A stretch of 64,000 nucleotides of DNA, taken from the NCBI GenBank assembly GCA_963666835.2, contig CAXXGO010000006.1, positions 1,120,001 to 1,184,000 of the forward strand, written 5' to 3'. Below, in pieces: positions 30,101 to 38,883 of this stretch. Within the stretch, counting starts at the first letter, position 1, and each line of letters opens with the position of its first letter. The position numbers and the translations under genes are program-made. Below the pieces are notes generated by a model. It did no database searches and was not told the origin of the DNA. It was given only the letters and a program-made list of their open reading frames with translations. This DNA is from Phycisphaerae bacterium (GTDB lineage: Bacteria > Planctomycetota > Phycisphaerae > UBA1845).

Positions 30101-30527
30101 CCAGGGCCTGTCGGAGACCCCCAACAGTCTCGGCAACACCGGCGCTGATCCACAGTTCATCGATGTCGACGGCGCCGACGACGTGCTCGGCACCGCCGAT
30201 GACAATGTGCGCCTTCGGCCCGGCTCTCCCGGGATCGACGCCGGTGATCCGGATCTTATTGCCGATCCGGCCGAGACCGATCTGGACGGGCACGCTCGAA
30301 TCCTCTGTGGCCGGGTGGACATGGGCGCGTACGAGTCGGGCATCGGAGATGCCACGTGCGATGGCCGGGTCGACTTAGCTGACTTCGCCTTCTGGCCCGA
30401 TTGCGTCACCGGCCCGGGGATTGCGTTTGAAGATCCGGGTTGCGAGTCGTTCGATTTCGATTTCGACGGCGAAGTAGACCTACGTGATCTCGCCGGTCTG
30501 ACCATCGAGTGGAGTAACCCGCAATAG
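21105..30527 (+). CDS. Giant (3140 aa) secreted protein: FG-GAP propeller, Cys-rich repeats, three beta-helix domains, NPCBM/NEW2-like domain, C-terminal dockerin-like module
   Basis: FG.AVAIDG..VVVGA repeats; GT.C..D.N.CT.D.C..G.C.H repeats; YV...A...DG.SW..A..DL..AL beta-helix starts (x3); GMNTNAGITFDL...RFLTLATTD...DWAVFADARL; GDATCDGRVDLAD...DFDFDGEVDLRDLA. Confidence 0.85.
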   Translation: MPFFMRPTLTLLVVVVTTLGFCAGANPARGQCQINKITADDGMTDDDFGSAVAIDGECVVVGAPHAVLDSGAAYLYRRAGLYWVPIQELTGGLAEFGDNYGTSVAIDGDVVVIGAPNRDDDGLPDVGAVYVWRRDTVADIWCLEHTILAPDREMYDGFGEAVAIDGSWMVIGCPGDNAVAESAGSAYVYAFDGTTGTWSEAGFLRASDGASADGFGRAVAISGDRIVVGAESDDDGGSSSGSAYVFRFDAVSGWSQTQKLVAVDDDGISDADANDKFGSAVSIDRLRIAVGANGNDSALSNTGSVYVFQKGEAGWAIDKKLDAANAAASDRFGRSVSILGDYLLVGADYTDGAGSSSGSAYVFRHTGSTWVQVAELVANDAEAGDRFGCALALGRDYAAIGAYGDDDSGSSAGAAYVFKVTVGTDCDNNGVADECDIAAGTHSDDNGNGIPDQCECVESEECVDALFCNGVETCVDGACVSSGNPCIELGLVCDEASDSCVACQDDMDCYDGNACTDDVCQEQECVHFFVPSGTDCGFPADPECGVMSTCDGAGLCVPNHLPNGTPCSEDDDQCTDDVCIDGECRHPDSPNGTPCSDDGRECTDDVCTDAVCEHPYLPFGTACGDPSETDCDMPDTCDQIGHCMGNYRVNGTPCESDDNDCTDDVCYIGVCTHPNLWEGIACGDQSVTECDMADTCDGHGVCSPNHVSDGVSCTDDGNECTGDYCSSGECTHPNVSMGTSCGDPAVDACNGADTCDGAGTCLDNWIADGTACINDFNTCTDDYCESGVCIHPAVPSGTACGSPVDSECSAPDTCDDSGVCRPNHEPDGTVCTIDGNLCTDDICIEGICSHPNRSAGTPCGDPTQFECSGPDVCDGEGLCLTQVAPAGTPCGDPTETECNFADICDGAGVCSDNLSPDGTSCTEDGNVCTDDVCIAGCCTHPSRPDGMPCPDDLFCNGEETCLDAVCVAAEPPCAQAGQVCDEDNDICFCQDGVDCSRLYVSAVAVSPPDGLSWATAYPDLKTALNMAALSGLVDEIWVAAGTYTPAGVAGDRQASFQLVPDVNLYGGFAGTETSLDERDLTNPAFATILSGDLNGDDLPGFENRADNSFHVVIGVNADFEPIMTALAAADSQGYSVDSITAEDYQDLISRAVPYSATLDGFTISGGNADGEFLHSFGGGMYNMVDRPAVRNCTFTNNRAAVRGGGMYNSVGSNPAIDVCVFHGNTAGTGAAMSNYNASQPAVTDSNFVDNTADLAGGAIANQFDSSATLQNCTFTRNAGGTQGGALFNNGSDPTITGCVFAGNTVVGSGSGGAIFNYAGQSTVTNCTFFGNSASTAAGIYSSFNSVLTLTNSILWNNVSDAGATETAQVVVTGSEPAIEYCCIQGLTGILGGDGNVGADPLFIDAVGPDGVIGTGDDDLRLASGSPAIDAGSNTALPSGFSVDLDGAPRTVNDPETPNTGRRTGNCLMVDLGAYEYQTDAPINDCNGNFIEDECETADGSTADCNNNGVPDICDLLPGTNLDCNDNMLIDACETADGTTTDCNANLVPDECDVASGDSEDTNDDGIPDECQVLYVDVRAVYGANDGSSWCDAFVDLQDALAAASPGDAILVADGTYYPAPPGGDRTASFELTSGLRLYGGYRGCGSGDPNERNVQQYETILSGDIDEDDELTSNCCFAHDSPGCDDAICERAVCEGNSTEVCCYEDWDEDCAASAMWSRCRDVCQSDDTNNSYWVVRADSVDDKCIFDGFTVTASNAVGMAIAVSDLTVNDCTFSGHHGEYYDTSAMSISEQANSSGEYHTPRVTNCRFIDNGSPDWRCNGAALEVNNGNAVLTDCLFENNMSELGGAVFHGDSYGSPDPDEVLGTLTLNNCTLRNNLATYSQRGSGGAIYTSYASLVLNGCTFEGNIGEDVGGAVVVWRSDFLIQDCTFSDNIADGAGGAIFVETYDALRDYAIVGCTFTRNTAYSGGGVYIELDGARPLGIRGCLFSENHANSGGGICADAQARLQDCVFAGNSADYGGAGVHADAFLSATGCVFTANEAITGAGLDAGKAEVVSSTFAANRADACGAIDADGTFVNCLVSGNVSSSSGGGICSGDATFINCAITDNHADLRGGGIAGRRPSLINSVIWGNTDSGSDPESAQIFEDPPGQWTGGIRVEHSCVEGLTGILGGIGNTGSDPLFVARGYWDDGGTPDDPEDDEWIDGDYRLLAGSPAIDAGVRSNWPYYVLTDLDGQERFVDDPDIPNAAADRYLSVDLGPYEFQLTTPGEDCNGNGVGDNFDLFYEYTLDLGDLAVGGDGTGIATRGTGLNPRTGTLVAPDVFGGEDGEGPSFITTDGTNNTVDLPAVNGVFVPNGITPIDNRGTTFEFPATGGYGWDAIRHGAAVFDDDAYYYPVLEPIQMPDSVRFERPGIGMNTNAGITFDLASIVPPGPANTPRGFQAVTGRNDGTDRWGKGFEAWVLVDGVVRFYQPIPDDSRYRHVAVDVPLIEGDRFLTLATTDLDGRIADDWAVFADARLVVRVEGDCNDNGTPDECDLMQGDSVDWNDDGFPDECNRDCNNNALPDFIEIVFGLCDNCNDDDIPDVCQLAGNDCNFNEIPDDCDIADGTCLDDNANGVPDGCDPDCDGDGIPDFSEILSGEVDDCNANGVPDNCEPDCDGNGIADACDLADSTYPDCNSNGRPDLCEIEAGTSPDVDEDGVPDECQAAVLFVDADTRGLGNGTSWVDAYPSLQDALTTAAASDVAEEIWVASGTYHPAGPDGDRTAAFQLASGVSVYGGFAGIETQREQRRPGDHPTILSGDLNEDDHLPDGRAENSYHVVTGSGTDDAARLDGFTIRNGQADGTDSGQDSGGGLYCLSGSPTISDCVFTANYARAGGGAAFNDGSPTLWLRCRFFGNHSDGNGGAMSNNNSYPEIRSSTFVGNSSVGDGGAISRFTYQSRLYNCTVVGNVTDGLGGGIANPSVSAATISNSVFWANRDRRGITASSQIYGYAARGFSIIQGLSETPNSLGNTGADPQFIDVDGADDVLGTADDNVRLRPGSPGIDAGDPDLIADPAETDLDGHARILCGRVDMGAYESGIGDATCDGRVDLADFAFWPDCVTGPGIAFEDPGCESFDFDFDGEVDLRDLAGLTIEWSNPQ

Positions 30528-30543
30528 GCGGGCTGCTTGCGGT

Positions 30544-30624
30544 GAAAAAAAGGACTGGCTCCGAGCAGATCCTCGCTCACGGTACCAACAGGTGTTTTCG
30601 GCGAGGTGCCCGCACCCTCTTTCA
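30544..30624. repeat. REP-like palindromic element between convergent genes
   Basis: GAAAAAAAGGACTGGCTCC...GAGGTGCCCGCACCCTCTTTC imperfect inverted ends. Confidence 0.4.
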
Positions 30625-32541
30625 CGGGGACTCGTCGAGCCATCGATGGGCCCGATCGAGGATACTCGAGGGATACCCCTCCCGCTCCAAGATGCGTAGC
30701 GCGTTGCGCGTCTGCGCCGGACCGGGCCTCAGACGGTAGTCGAACACCAGCCCGTCGTCGTCAATGCTCTCCCGAAAGTGGTGGTTTTGAATAACGCGCC
30801 CGTCGGCCAGCTCCATCAGGCTCTGCTCGTGCGTCGCAAAAAGAAAGAAACCGGCAGAATCGCGGAGATGCTCGACCACGGCCACCCCGGCCGCGATCTG
30901 CTCGCGCGAGTTCGTGCCGCGCAGCGGCTCATCCACGATTCCAAGCACGGGGACTCTCCCCTCGGGCGGAGCCACCATCCGCCGTAACTGGCGGACCTCG
31001 GCCAGGAAGTAGCTTTCGTCCTTGGCCTGACAGTCCCGGGCCTGCAGATCCGTGATCAAACGCACCGGGCCAATGGCCATCTTCTCGGCCGCAACGGCGG
31101 CGCCCATCTGGGCAAGCAGCACGTTGGCTCCGACCACTCGCAGAAGAGTGCTTTTGCCGGCCATGTTCGACCCGCTGACCATCCACATGCGCGTCGTCGT
31201 GTCGAGCCGCACGTCGTTAGCTACCACCTCCTGCGGGTCGATCAATGGGTGCCGTCCCCCGGTAATCGCGACAATTTGCTCGTTGGACAGTTCCGGATAG
31301 CAGCAGACGGGCTGTTCCCACCCGAAACACGCCAGACTCGTCAAAGCGTCGAGATCCGCCAGGGCGGATAGCCCGTCGAGCAACTCGTCACGATGCGGCA
31401 AGGCCTTGTTCAGAATCGCCGCGGCGATGTGCAGATCGAGGAAGAGCAGCACATTGCAGAAGGCGTGGACCGGACCGCCACTCTGCGCCCATGCGATCCG
31501 CTTGAGCAAGAGCGGTAGAACCCGGTCGTCACTAACTGCCGCCAGGGCGTGACGCAGTTTGCCCAGCTCACCTTCGTGCGGCAGGTCCATTGCCGCTTGC
31601 CGCGCGGCGATCAAATACCCCTCCACGGCCGGGGCGACTCGCCGCCACGGGGCGAGACACCTGACAAGCCCCCGATGGAGCCCGCGGTAGATTAGCGCGT
31701 TGACCAGCGCGACTGAGACGAAGGCTATGCCCCATCCGGATCGCCCCACCCCCGCCTGGTAGATCGCCACGACGAAAAACAGCCCGCTTAGCAAGGACCA
31801 GATGCGGAGCATCTTCGTTCGCGCCGGATCCCCCAGCGGAGATGCTTGACGCAGGGTTCTGACCAACTGCTCCAGGTACCCGTCGCGCCCTCGCAGTCCG
31901 GCCGTCCCGGCCATGAGCTGGAACCGTCGCCCCGGATCCCGATCCAGCCACCTAACTGAATCCTGGCGCGTGCGGATGGACTCGGCATCCACAAGCGGGT
32001 TAAGAAACCAATCGTACAGCCGGCGGCAGCCGAGCAACGTCGAGGTCCGGTTCAGCAGACCGAACAAACCCACCGGGGGGGCGTGGAGGTCCAAGTCGTC
32101 GGACTCCTGTTCGGTGAACGCCCAAGTATTCTCCGCCGCTAACAAAGACCCGACGGTTGTTTCCGGATCCGAAGGCGCCGGGGCCTCGTTAGATCGGATC
32201 AGCGTAACGATACCGCCGACCCTCCGTCGAGCCTCCTCGGCAATGGTCACAAGGGAATCGTGGAATCGGCGTACACGTCGCGCATGGTGATGCCGCCTGA
32301 CCGTCCAGGCGAACAACAAGGTGCCGAGGATGACCACAACACTCGCCGCAGCCGGTTTCTCGTCGATTAGCACCCACACCGCCACCGTTACCACGAAACA
32401 GGCAAGTCGAGCCCAGGACCAATACGACTCCGTGCGCAGGCAAGATGCCCGGCGGCGGAGAAGGCCTGCCGTATGGCGGTCCAACCACTCGCCTCGAGCG
32501 GTGTCCGCTGAACACTGCGTCTCTCGTTCGTCTGACATCAT
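30622..32541 (-). CDS. Membrane-associated MutS-related protein (ATPase domain V)
   Basis: N-terminal TM segments; GRHPLI, SGSNMAGKSTLLR, ESYFLAEV, IVDEPLRGTN, FATH. Confidence 0.85.
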   Translation of the reverse strand: MMSDERETQCSADTARGEWLDRHTAGLLRRRASCLRTESYWSWARLACFVVTVAVWVLIDEKPAAASVVVILGTLLFAWTVRRHHHARRVRRFHDSLVTIAEEARRRVGGIVTLIRSNEAPAPSDPETTVGSLLAAENTWAFTEQESDDLDLHAPPVGLFGLLNRTSTLLGCRRLYDWFLNPLVDAESIRTRQDSVRWLDRDPGRRFQLMAGTAGLRGRDGYLEQLVRTLRQASPLGDPARTKMLRIWSLLSGLFFVVAIYQAGVGRSGWGIAFVSVALVNALIYRGLHRGLVRCLAPWRRVAPAVEGYLIAARQAAMDLPHEGELGKLRHALAAVSDDRVLPLLLKRIAWAQSGGPVHAFCNVLLFLDLHIAAAILNKALPHRDELLDGLSALADLDALTSLACFGWEQPVCCYPELSNEQIVAITGGRHPLIDPQEVVANDVRLDTTTRMWMVSGSNMAGKSTLLRVVGANVLLAQMGAAVAAEKMAIGPVRLITDLQARDCQAKDESYFLAEVRQLRRMVAPPEGRVPVLGIVDEPLRGTNSREQIAAGVAVVEHLRDSAGFFLFATHEQSLMELADGRVIQNHHFRESIDDDGLVFDYRLRPGPAQTRNALRILEREGYPSSILDRAHRWLDESP

Positions 32542-32854
32542 GGTGGTCGCCCCTTTGGCTGCGCCTCGCCGCCGGCGCACCGGCCATCATGGACGGTCCG
32601 AGTTCGGACGCAAGTTGTGCCATTAACGGACGGAGGTCCCAGTTAGCCCCGTCTTTCCCCGCTTGCCATCGTCGCAGAGCCAGGCGTCCGTATTCGCGCG
32701 CCTCGCCGGGCACTGGATGGCGAGCTGTTTCGGGAGAGGGCTCGCTAAGGGGGATGAGGTGGGACCGGTCCCCTGTCCCGGTGGTCTCCACCAGCCGCGT
32801 CCTCGAGAAATCACGTGGTTTTCGATTTTTTCTTATCGGCACCCACGTTAGGGG

Positions 32855-32882
32855 TTTACTTGCGGGCGAGCGGGGGTATACT
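32855..32882 (+). promoter_or_regulatory. Putative sigma70 promoter of the RRM gene
   Basis: TTTACT-16 nt-TATACT, about 165 nt upstream of ATG 33052. Confidence 0.45.
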
Positions 32883-33051
32883 GCGTGCGGTTGGTTCGTC
32901 GAACGAGGCGCGCACGTGACGTTGGAAAACCAAGTCTGGAACGCTTTGCCTGGATCGTCTTCCTACTTTCTGGGCCGGAATGTCGGCCACTTTCACATAC
33001 GACCCTGAAAGAAAAACAGTGGGTCGAGACCACCATCGACAGGAGAATGCG

Positions 33052-33390
33052 ATGGGGAAAAAGTTGTATATCGGGAACCTCAGTTACGATGTCACCAGTG
33101 CGGATCTTGAGTCGTTGCTGGCGGCGCACGGTACCGTCCAGAGCGCGGAGGTCATCAGCGACCGGTCGACCGGGCGGAGCAAAGGGTTCGGGTTTGTGGA
33201 GATGGATTCCGAGTCGGAAGCCCAGGCGGCTATTGCGGCGTTGAACGGCCAGGAGCACGGCGGCCGGGCGCTGACTGTGAACGAGGCTAAGCCCCGCGCC
33301 CCGCGTACCGGTGGCGGTTACGGCGGTGGCGGTGGCGGTGGCTACGGCGGTGGCCGTGGCGGTGGTGGTGGTCGCAGAGACCGCTACTAG
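33052..33390 (+). CDS. RRM RNA-binding protein with Gly-rich tail
   Basis: SD AGGAG; RNP2 LYIGNL, RNP1 KGFGFVEM, GGRALTVNEAKPR, GGGY tail. Confidence 0.95.
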   Translation: MGKKLYIGNLSYDVTSADLESLLAAHGTVQSAEVISDRSTGRSKGFGFVEMDSESEAQAAIAALNGQEHGGRALTVNEAKPRAPRTGGGYGGGGGGGYGGGRGGGGGRRDRY

Positions 33391-33451
33391 GACCGGCTGC
33401 TAACCCACCAAAGCCCCACTGAGCCGCCGTCTTGGCGTTGCTCGGTGGTAT

Positions 33452-33496
33452 GCGACCGACCGTCGCGGATTCGTCCCGGCGGTCGGTCGCTTTTTT
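33452..33496 (+). terminator. Rho-independent terminator
   Basis: GCGACCGACC...GGTCGGTCGC followed by TTTTTT. Confidence 0.75.
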
Positions 33497-33623
33497 GCGC
33501 CGCCAGCCAATCTGCGACACCCAGCCTACGCCAAGCCGGCACGCATCGCGCAAAGACGGCTGCAGGTTTCGTTTCTCGACCATGCCCTACACGTGCCGCC
33601 CCCCTGCAAGGAGGTCTGCGTTA

Positions 33624-34388
33624 TCAGATTCGGGTAGAACGTTGGACGCGGGCGGGTACCGGCACCAACGCCGCTGCAGGTTCCCCGGCCGGCTCGCGAG
33701 CCGGCTCGAAGTTCGCGCCGAACCCTCCGCCGAGCGGCAGCCCGGCGAGGTGGGCAAGCAGGCGAAGACCGGTCGCCACGAAAAACGCCAACGGGTGGAT
33801 TCCTCTGACCAGCTTGGCCGTCCGAAGCGATCGGAGGAACTGCTCGGGACCGTCGAAGTCGGCCATGTATTGATAACACGGTGCTATACTCAGTGACATG
33901 TGGCTGTCCGCTCCGACGTAACCGGGTAGATCATGCCGGTCTGCGAAGCGCTCCGCCTCTCGGTCGGGGCGGCGCCGGACGTTCTGGGCGTTGTTCACCT
34001 CGACGGCATCCACCAGGTGGGCGATGTCGTGGGCGCGATCGAGCAGACCGCAACTGAACGCTCGCACGAACGGGTGCGGCAGAAGCACAATCCCGCCCTG
34101 AGCGCGAATCGCCGCGGCCGTATCTTCAGCCGACATTCCCGGGGCCACCCGTTCCGTCAGAAAAAGCCCGATCAGGTGACCGTCGGTCGTCGTGATCTCC
34201 TCGCCGATGATGACCCTGGCAGACGTCATTCGCCGGAAGCGCTGGGCACCTTCGATGGTGTCGTGGTCCGTTATGGCCACGCACCCGATGTTCTCTTCCT
34301 CAACGTAACGGGCGAGCCGCTCCAGCGAGATATCACTGTCGTAGGAGTAGTCGGTGTGTAGATGAACCAGAGTTTTGATCAGACGCAC
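33624..34388 (-). CDS. PHP-domain metal-dependent phosphoesterase
   Basis: HLHTDYSYD, AITDHD, GEEI, PHPF, GADSH. Confidence 0.9.
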   Translation of the reverse strand: MRLIKTLVHLHTDYSYDSDISLERLARYVEEENIGCVAITDHDTIEGAQRFRRMTSARVIIGEEITTTDGHLIGLFLTERVAPGMSAEDTAAAIRAQGGIVLLPHPFVRAFSCGLLDRAHDIAHLVDAVEVNNAQNVRRRPDREAERFADRHDLPGYVGADSHMSLSIAPCYQYMADFDGPEQFLRSLRTAKLVRGIHPLAFFVATGLRLLAHLAGLPLGGGFGANFEPAREPAGEPAAALVPVPARVQRSTRI

Positions 34389-34591
34389 GGTCGCTTATCC
34401 CCCTCGAAACGTGCTGTCAGACACCACGCCCGGGCGCGTCCGCCCATCGTCCGCTCGGCCTGCCAACATGGGACTGTATGTTCCTCAAACGGCGTTGTCA
34501 AAGCGATCTGGGCGTCCGATAGGGTCGCGCAGGGGCTGGCAATCTGGGCTATCCCGGTGGGGTCCAGTGTCGAGTAACCAGACCACGTCCG

Positions 34592-35479
34592 CTAAGGGAC
34601 GTTTCCTGCGAGCGCGTTATCAACGAAGGCGACCAGCTTCTCGGCGTACTCGGTGGTGTAGGTGTAACCGGCGTTTACGTGGTTGCCGGGCGTCTCGATG
34701 AACTGTTTCGGCGCCGCCGCTGCTTCGAAAAGCTGCCGACCAAGGGCAATCGGAATGAGACGGTCGTCCTGGCCGTGCAGGAACAGCTTCGGGCAGTTGA
34801 TAGAGCCCACCTTGCCGGCGGAATCGTATCGGTACCGGATCAGGTACTTCACCGGTAGCAGCGGATAGTGCATGCCGCCGACATCCGCGAGACTCGTAAA
34901 CGTAGATTCGACTACCAACGCCGCCGGGGTATGACGCAGAGCCAGGTCGATTGCGACGGCTCCGCCCAATGACCTGCCGAAGATGACGAGACGTTGCGGT
35001 GGCACTGCGCGATCTTCCACCAGATACTGCCACGCGGCCTCTGCGTCCCGGTATGTACCCGTTTCGGTCGGATGCCCCTCACTTTGACCGAATCCTCGGT
35101 AGTCGAAGATCAAGACTGCGTATCCATAATGATGTAGAACGTGGATACTGTGCAAGCGATCGCCGATATTGCCCGCGTTACCATGGCAGAATAACACGGT
35201 CGCCTTCGCCTCTGGGCACGGAAGATACCATGCGGAGAGCTCCACGCCGTCTGACGTGTGCAAGGTAACCTCATCGAAACTCAAACCGACGTCCTGGGGC
35301 GTTGCGGCGATCTTGCGGTCTGGGAAGTAGATAAGATATCCCTGGAAGCAGGCCACAAGTAGACACACCCCGGCATACGTGATCAGGATGATAACAAGCA
35401 GGCGCCGAGCCGCTTTGAACAGTCTGGACCGCAGCGCCGGCTTCGAGTCCTGCTCCGTCAATGTAGGTTCGTCCGCCAT
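34592..35479 (-). CDS. Alpha/beta hydrolase with N-terminal TM anchor
   Basis: HGNAGN, DYRGFG, GRSLGG nucleophile motif, HGQDD. Confidence 0.9.
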   Translation of the reverse strand: MADEPTLTEQDSKPALRSRLFKAARRLLVIILITYAGVCLLVACFQGYLIYFPDRKIAATPQDVGLSFDEVTLHTSDGVELSAWYLPCPEAKATVLFCHGNAGNIGDRLHSIHVLHHYGYAVLIFDYRGFGQSEGHPTETGTYRDAEAAWQYLVEDRAVPPQRLVIFGRSLGGAVAIDLALRHTPAALVVESTFTSLADVGGMHYPLLPVKYLIRYRYDSAGKVGSINCPKLFLHGQDDRLIPIALGRQLFEAAAAPKQFIETPGNHVNAGYTYTTEYAEKLVAFVDNALAGNVP

Positions 35480-35545
35480 GCAGCTTCACACCCGGGAGCC
35501 TGTTACCGTGTTCTTAACGGCCGCCGCCCAGCGGTGCCGACCCCA

Positions 35546-35953
35546 TTACTCGCCGGACACCAGATTCCGATTCCAGCCGGGGATTTCCACTACGATGTCC
35601 GCCGATCCGTCGGGAACCGCCCGGCAAGCCAGGCGACTGGTCGGCCGCAATCCCGGGGCATTGTCCAGTTGGTCTTCTTCCTCATCGGAAGGCTCGGTCA
35701 GTGCCTCGGTGCCCTCTCTGACAAAAACATGACACGTCGAGCAGGCGCATACTCCACCGCAGGCGTGCTCGATCGTAATCCCGTGCCCCAAGGCCACATC
35801 CAGAATGCTGCCCGGGAGGCCGTGCTCCTGGTATGGCAGAACGTCTGGGTCCACGTCCACGGTTCTATCAGCGGGGAGGAAGGTCATCCGGTACTTCCGG
35901 ACGTGCCCAGGGGCAGGCAGGTCGAGGTTCGTGTCGTTTTCGTCCACGGACAT
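35546..35953 (-). CDS. fdx: ISC-type 2Fe-2S ferredoxin
   Basis: EHACGGVCACSTCHV...SRLAC; last gene of the isc operon. Confidence 0.9.
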   Translation of the reverse strand: MSVDENDTNLDLPAPGHVRKYRMTFLPADRTVDVDPDVLPYQEHGLPGSILDVALGHGITIEHACGGVCACSTCHVFVREGTEALTEPSDEEEDQLDNAPGLRPTSRLACRAVPDGSADIVVEIPGWNRNLVSGE

Positions 35954-35964
35954 GGTCCTCCACT

Positions 35965-37854
35965 TCAGTCTCCGGATGACGGAGATGCGTCGCGAGCCCG
36001 GCGGTCGTCGTCCACGTTAAGGGCCGCGGTCATGGCCGCCTCGGCCAAGGGGATCGTCATCCGATTGAACTCTTCCCGCCGGGCGTTTATTGCGCCGGCA
36101 TCATCGGATTCCGCGGCGAAGGTGCGAATCTCGTTCAGCCGGTCACTGAGCATCTGCCGTTGTTGATCTCCGATCAGATGGCCGAATTGCGCAAGCATCT
36201 GTTCCGCTTTGTTGAGGTCGAACTCGAGGGTCGTGCGAACCTCGATGAGAAAGCGGGCGTCCATGTCGTCATAAGCATACTCGAGAGATTCCCGCTCCAT
36301 CCGCGCTACTTCCTCGCGCGTAAGCCCGTGTGAAGGGATGATCTGTATACTGGCGATCTTCCCGCTGCGTTGTTCTCGGGCCGAGACGTTGAGGATCCCG
36401 TTCTGGTCGATGAGAAACGTGACCTCGATCTTCGGCAACCCGGAGGGCATCGGCGGGATGCCTTGCAGCTCGAACACGCCGAGAGAGCGGCAGTCCCGGG
36501 CGAGTTCGCGCTCGCCCTGCAGGACGTTTATCTTGACCTTGGTCTGCCCGTCCTTGAAGGTCGTGAACATCTCCGATGCCTGGCAAGGTACGCGGACGTT
36601 GGCCGGAATGAGCTTGCCCATCGCCCCGCCGAGGGTCTCGATCCCAAGTGACAATGGGGTGACGTCCAGCAGCAGTAAATCCCGTTCGTCGCCCGCCAGG
36701 ATTGACGCCTGAACGGCCGCCCCCAAAGCGACGACCTCTTCCGGATTCAGCGCCGTGTACGGGCGGCAGTTGAACACCTCCGCCACTCGCTGACGGACGT
36801 ATGGCACTCTAGTGGACCCGCCTACCATGACCACCTGGTCAATCTGATCCGGCTTCAGTTCCCCGCGGAGCATGGCCCGCGAGCACGCCGCAATCGCCCG
36901 ATCCACGAGCGGCGCTATCATCGACTCGAACTCCGCGCGGCTTATGGTCCGGCGGTAAACCCGATCCGTGCCGATGCCGACCTCCAACGACGCGGTTTCC
37001 TCGTTGCCCAGCCGCATCTTGACGTTCTCGGACAGGGTTCGGATTTGCTGCTTGATCGTCGGCGTGGTGATGTCTATTCCGAACTCGGTGCGAATCTCGC
37101 GGGCGATCAGGTCGCCGATCGTGCGGTCGAAATCATCTCCGCCCAGGTGAGTGTCTCCATCGGTAGCCAGAACCTCAAAGACCCCGTCTTCGATGGTCAG
37201 GATCGAGACGTCAAAAGTCCCGCCGCCGAGATCGAAGACCGCGATGGTGCCCTGCTTCGCGCGGTCCAAGCCGTAGGCCAGCGCCGCCGCCGTCGGTTCG
37301 TTCACTATTCGCAGCACTTCCAGCCCGGCGATCTGCCCGGCGTCCCGCGTCGCCTGCCGCTGTGCGTCGTCGAAGTGGGCGGGTACGGTAATCACCACCT
37401 TGGACACCGGGTGCCCCAAGTGGGCCTCGGCGCGGTCCCGGAGCTCCCGCAGAATCAGCGCACTGATCTCCGGGGGCGTGAACGAACGATCGCCGGCGGT
37501 CACGGCCGCGATGTCCCGTTCCGCCGAGTCGGTCTGGCGACGTTCAATGCGATAGGGCAGATAGTCGACGTCGTCGGCCAGATCGGCGAACCCCCGTCCC
37601 ATCAAACGCTTGATTGAATGGATCGTGGTCAGAGGCTTCTCGACCGCGTGGGCGCGGGCCTCGCGACCGAGCGTCACTCGGTCGCTCTGCGGGTCAAATG
37701 CGACCACCGAAGGGAGCATTGTGTCGTCAGGGCCGTCGGGTCCCGGGATCAGCCGCGGCCCGCCGTGATCGGCATAGGCAACCAGCGAGTTCGTCGTGCC
37801 CAGGTCGATGCCGACGATGACATCCGAAGAGTCAGTCAAGGTTGTGGTCTCCAT
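35965..37854 (-). CDS. hscA: Fe-S protein assembly chaperone HscA (Hsp70 family)
   Basis: [45 protein letters not shown]; directly downstream of hscB. Confidence 0.9.
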   Translation of the reverse strand: METTTLTDSSDVIVGIDLGTTNSLVAYADHGGPRLIPGPDGPDDTMLPSVVAFDPQSDRVTLGREARAHAVEKPLTTIHSIKRLMGRGFADLADDVDYLPYRIERRQTDSAERDIAAVTAGDRSFTPPEISALILRELRDRAEAHLGHPVSKVVITVPAHFDDAQRQATRDAGQIAGLEVLRIVNEPTAAALAYGLDRAKQGTIAVFDLGGGTFDVSILTIEDGVFEVLATDGDTHLGGDDFDRTIGDLIAREIRTEFGIDITTPTIKQQIRTLSENVKMRLGNEETASLEVGIGTDRVYRRTISRAEFESMIAPLVDRAIAACSRAMLRGELKPDQIDQVVMVGGSTRVPYVRQRVAEVFNCRPYTALNPEEVVALGAAVQASILAGDERDLLLLDVTPLSLGIETLGGAMGKLIPANVRVPCQASEMFTTFKDGQTKVKINVLQGERELARDCRSLGVFELQGIPPMPSGLPKIEVTFLIDQNGILNVSAREQRSGKIASIQIIPSHGLTREEVARMERESLEYAYDDMDARFLIEVRTTLEFDLNKAEQMLAQFGHLIGDQQRQMLSDRLNEIRTFAAESDDAGAINARREEFNRMTIPLAEAAMTAALNVDDDRRARDASPSSGD

Positions 37855-38485
37855 CGTCGGCGAGCGGGTCGGCGTGTACCTCGGCCAGGATGTTGTCGAA
37901 GTACTTCACCGAGTTGATCAGTCTTCGGAACTCGGTCTTCTCGGACTCGTCCGCGTCTGTGAGCTGATCGGCGCGTTGCGCGATTATCGCCAGCGTCTCT
38001 GCCCGGCGCGCCCGGACGGTCGTACGGACGTTCGCCAATTCGGCAGGATCCTGTCGGGCGTGGGCATCTTCAATCCGCTCTCGCATAGCCATCACCTCCG
38101 CCAGCAGATTACCGGGGACATCACGGGCCTTGGCGGCGCTGGGTCCGCCGGCCAACTCCAACATGTAACCCGCTCGGCGGATGGGGTCTTTGAGCACGGT
38201 GTAAGCCTGGTTGATGTTGGCGCTGAGGCGCGTGGCCAGCACCCGGACCTCCTCCGGTTGGCTGCTGACGCGATCGGGATGGATGTTACGGGTTATCGCC
38301 CGGAAGGCGGCGGTTAACTTGCCCTCGTCGATTGCGTAAGTGCGTTCGAGGTTGAGCAGGTCGAAATAATCCGCCGTCTGCGGGGCCGGGTAGAGGGTCC
38401 GGCACCCTTCGCAGACGATGGGCGTCGCCAGATCGGCTTTGCACCTCAGGCATTTCGCCGGGATTGTGGGGGTCTCGTCGGGCAT
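37832..38485 (-). CDS. hscB: Co-chaperone HscB with N-terminal CxxC...CxxC
   Basis: CLRC...CEGC; J-domain DYFDLL...[17 protein letters not shown]. Confidence 0.9.
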   Translation of the reverse strand: MPDETPTIPAKCLRCKADLATPIVCEGCRTLYPAPQTADYFDLLNLERTYAIDEGKLTAAFRAITRNIHPDRVSSQPEEVRVLATRLSANINQAYTVLKDPIRRAGYMLELAGGPSAAKARDVPGNLLAEVMAMRERIEDAHARQDPAELANVRTTVRARRAETLAIIAQRADQLTDADESEKTEFRRLINSVKYFDNILAEVHADPLADDGDHNLD

Positions 38486-38492
38486 TTGTGGC

Positions 38493-38843
38493 TTACGTCG
38501 AGAAACTCGAACCGCAGCCGCAGCCTCCCGCGGCGTTGGGGTTATCGAAGACGAACCGTTTTTGCATGGTCTCTTCCACGTAGTCGATTGTCGTCCCGTT
38601 GAGGTAGAGATGACTCTTCGGGTCGCAGATGACCTCGACGCCTCGCTCTTGCCAGCGCTCGTCGTTCTCCGCGACGCTGTCGGTCAGATCCATGCCATAG
38701 CTGAACCCGCCGCAACCGCCGCCTTTCACGCTGACCCGCAGGTACACCTCGGAACCCTCTTTGCGGCCATCCGGCTGTTGGGCACGCCCTTTCTCGATGA
38801 TACTGAGGACCTCTCGGGCCGCCGCTTCGGTTAGTTTGATCAT
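38493..38843 (-). CDS. iscA: A-type Fe-S carrier IscA
   Basis: LRVSVKGGGCGGFSY, F.FDNPNA..GCGCGSSF. Confidence 0.92.
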   Translation of the reverse strand: MIKLTEAAAREVLSIIEKGRAQQPDGRKEGSEVYLRVSVKGGGCGGFSYGMDLTDSVAENDERWQERGVEVICDPKSHLYLNGTTIDYVEETMQKRFVFDNPNAAGGCGCGSSFST

Positions 38844-38883
38844 CAGAGCCGCTCCTTATCAAACATGCCGTGACACTTCTGCG

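Noticed and set aside
35965..37854. Calling this gene dnaK
   Set aside because: Position after hscB and before fdx in an isc operon with LPPVK-containing IscU indicates HscA.
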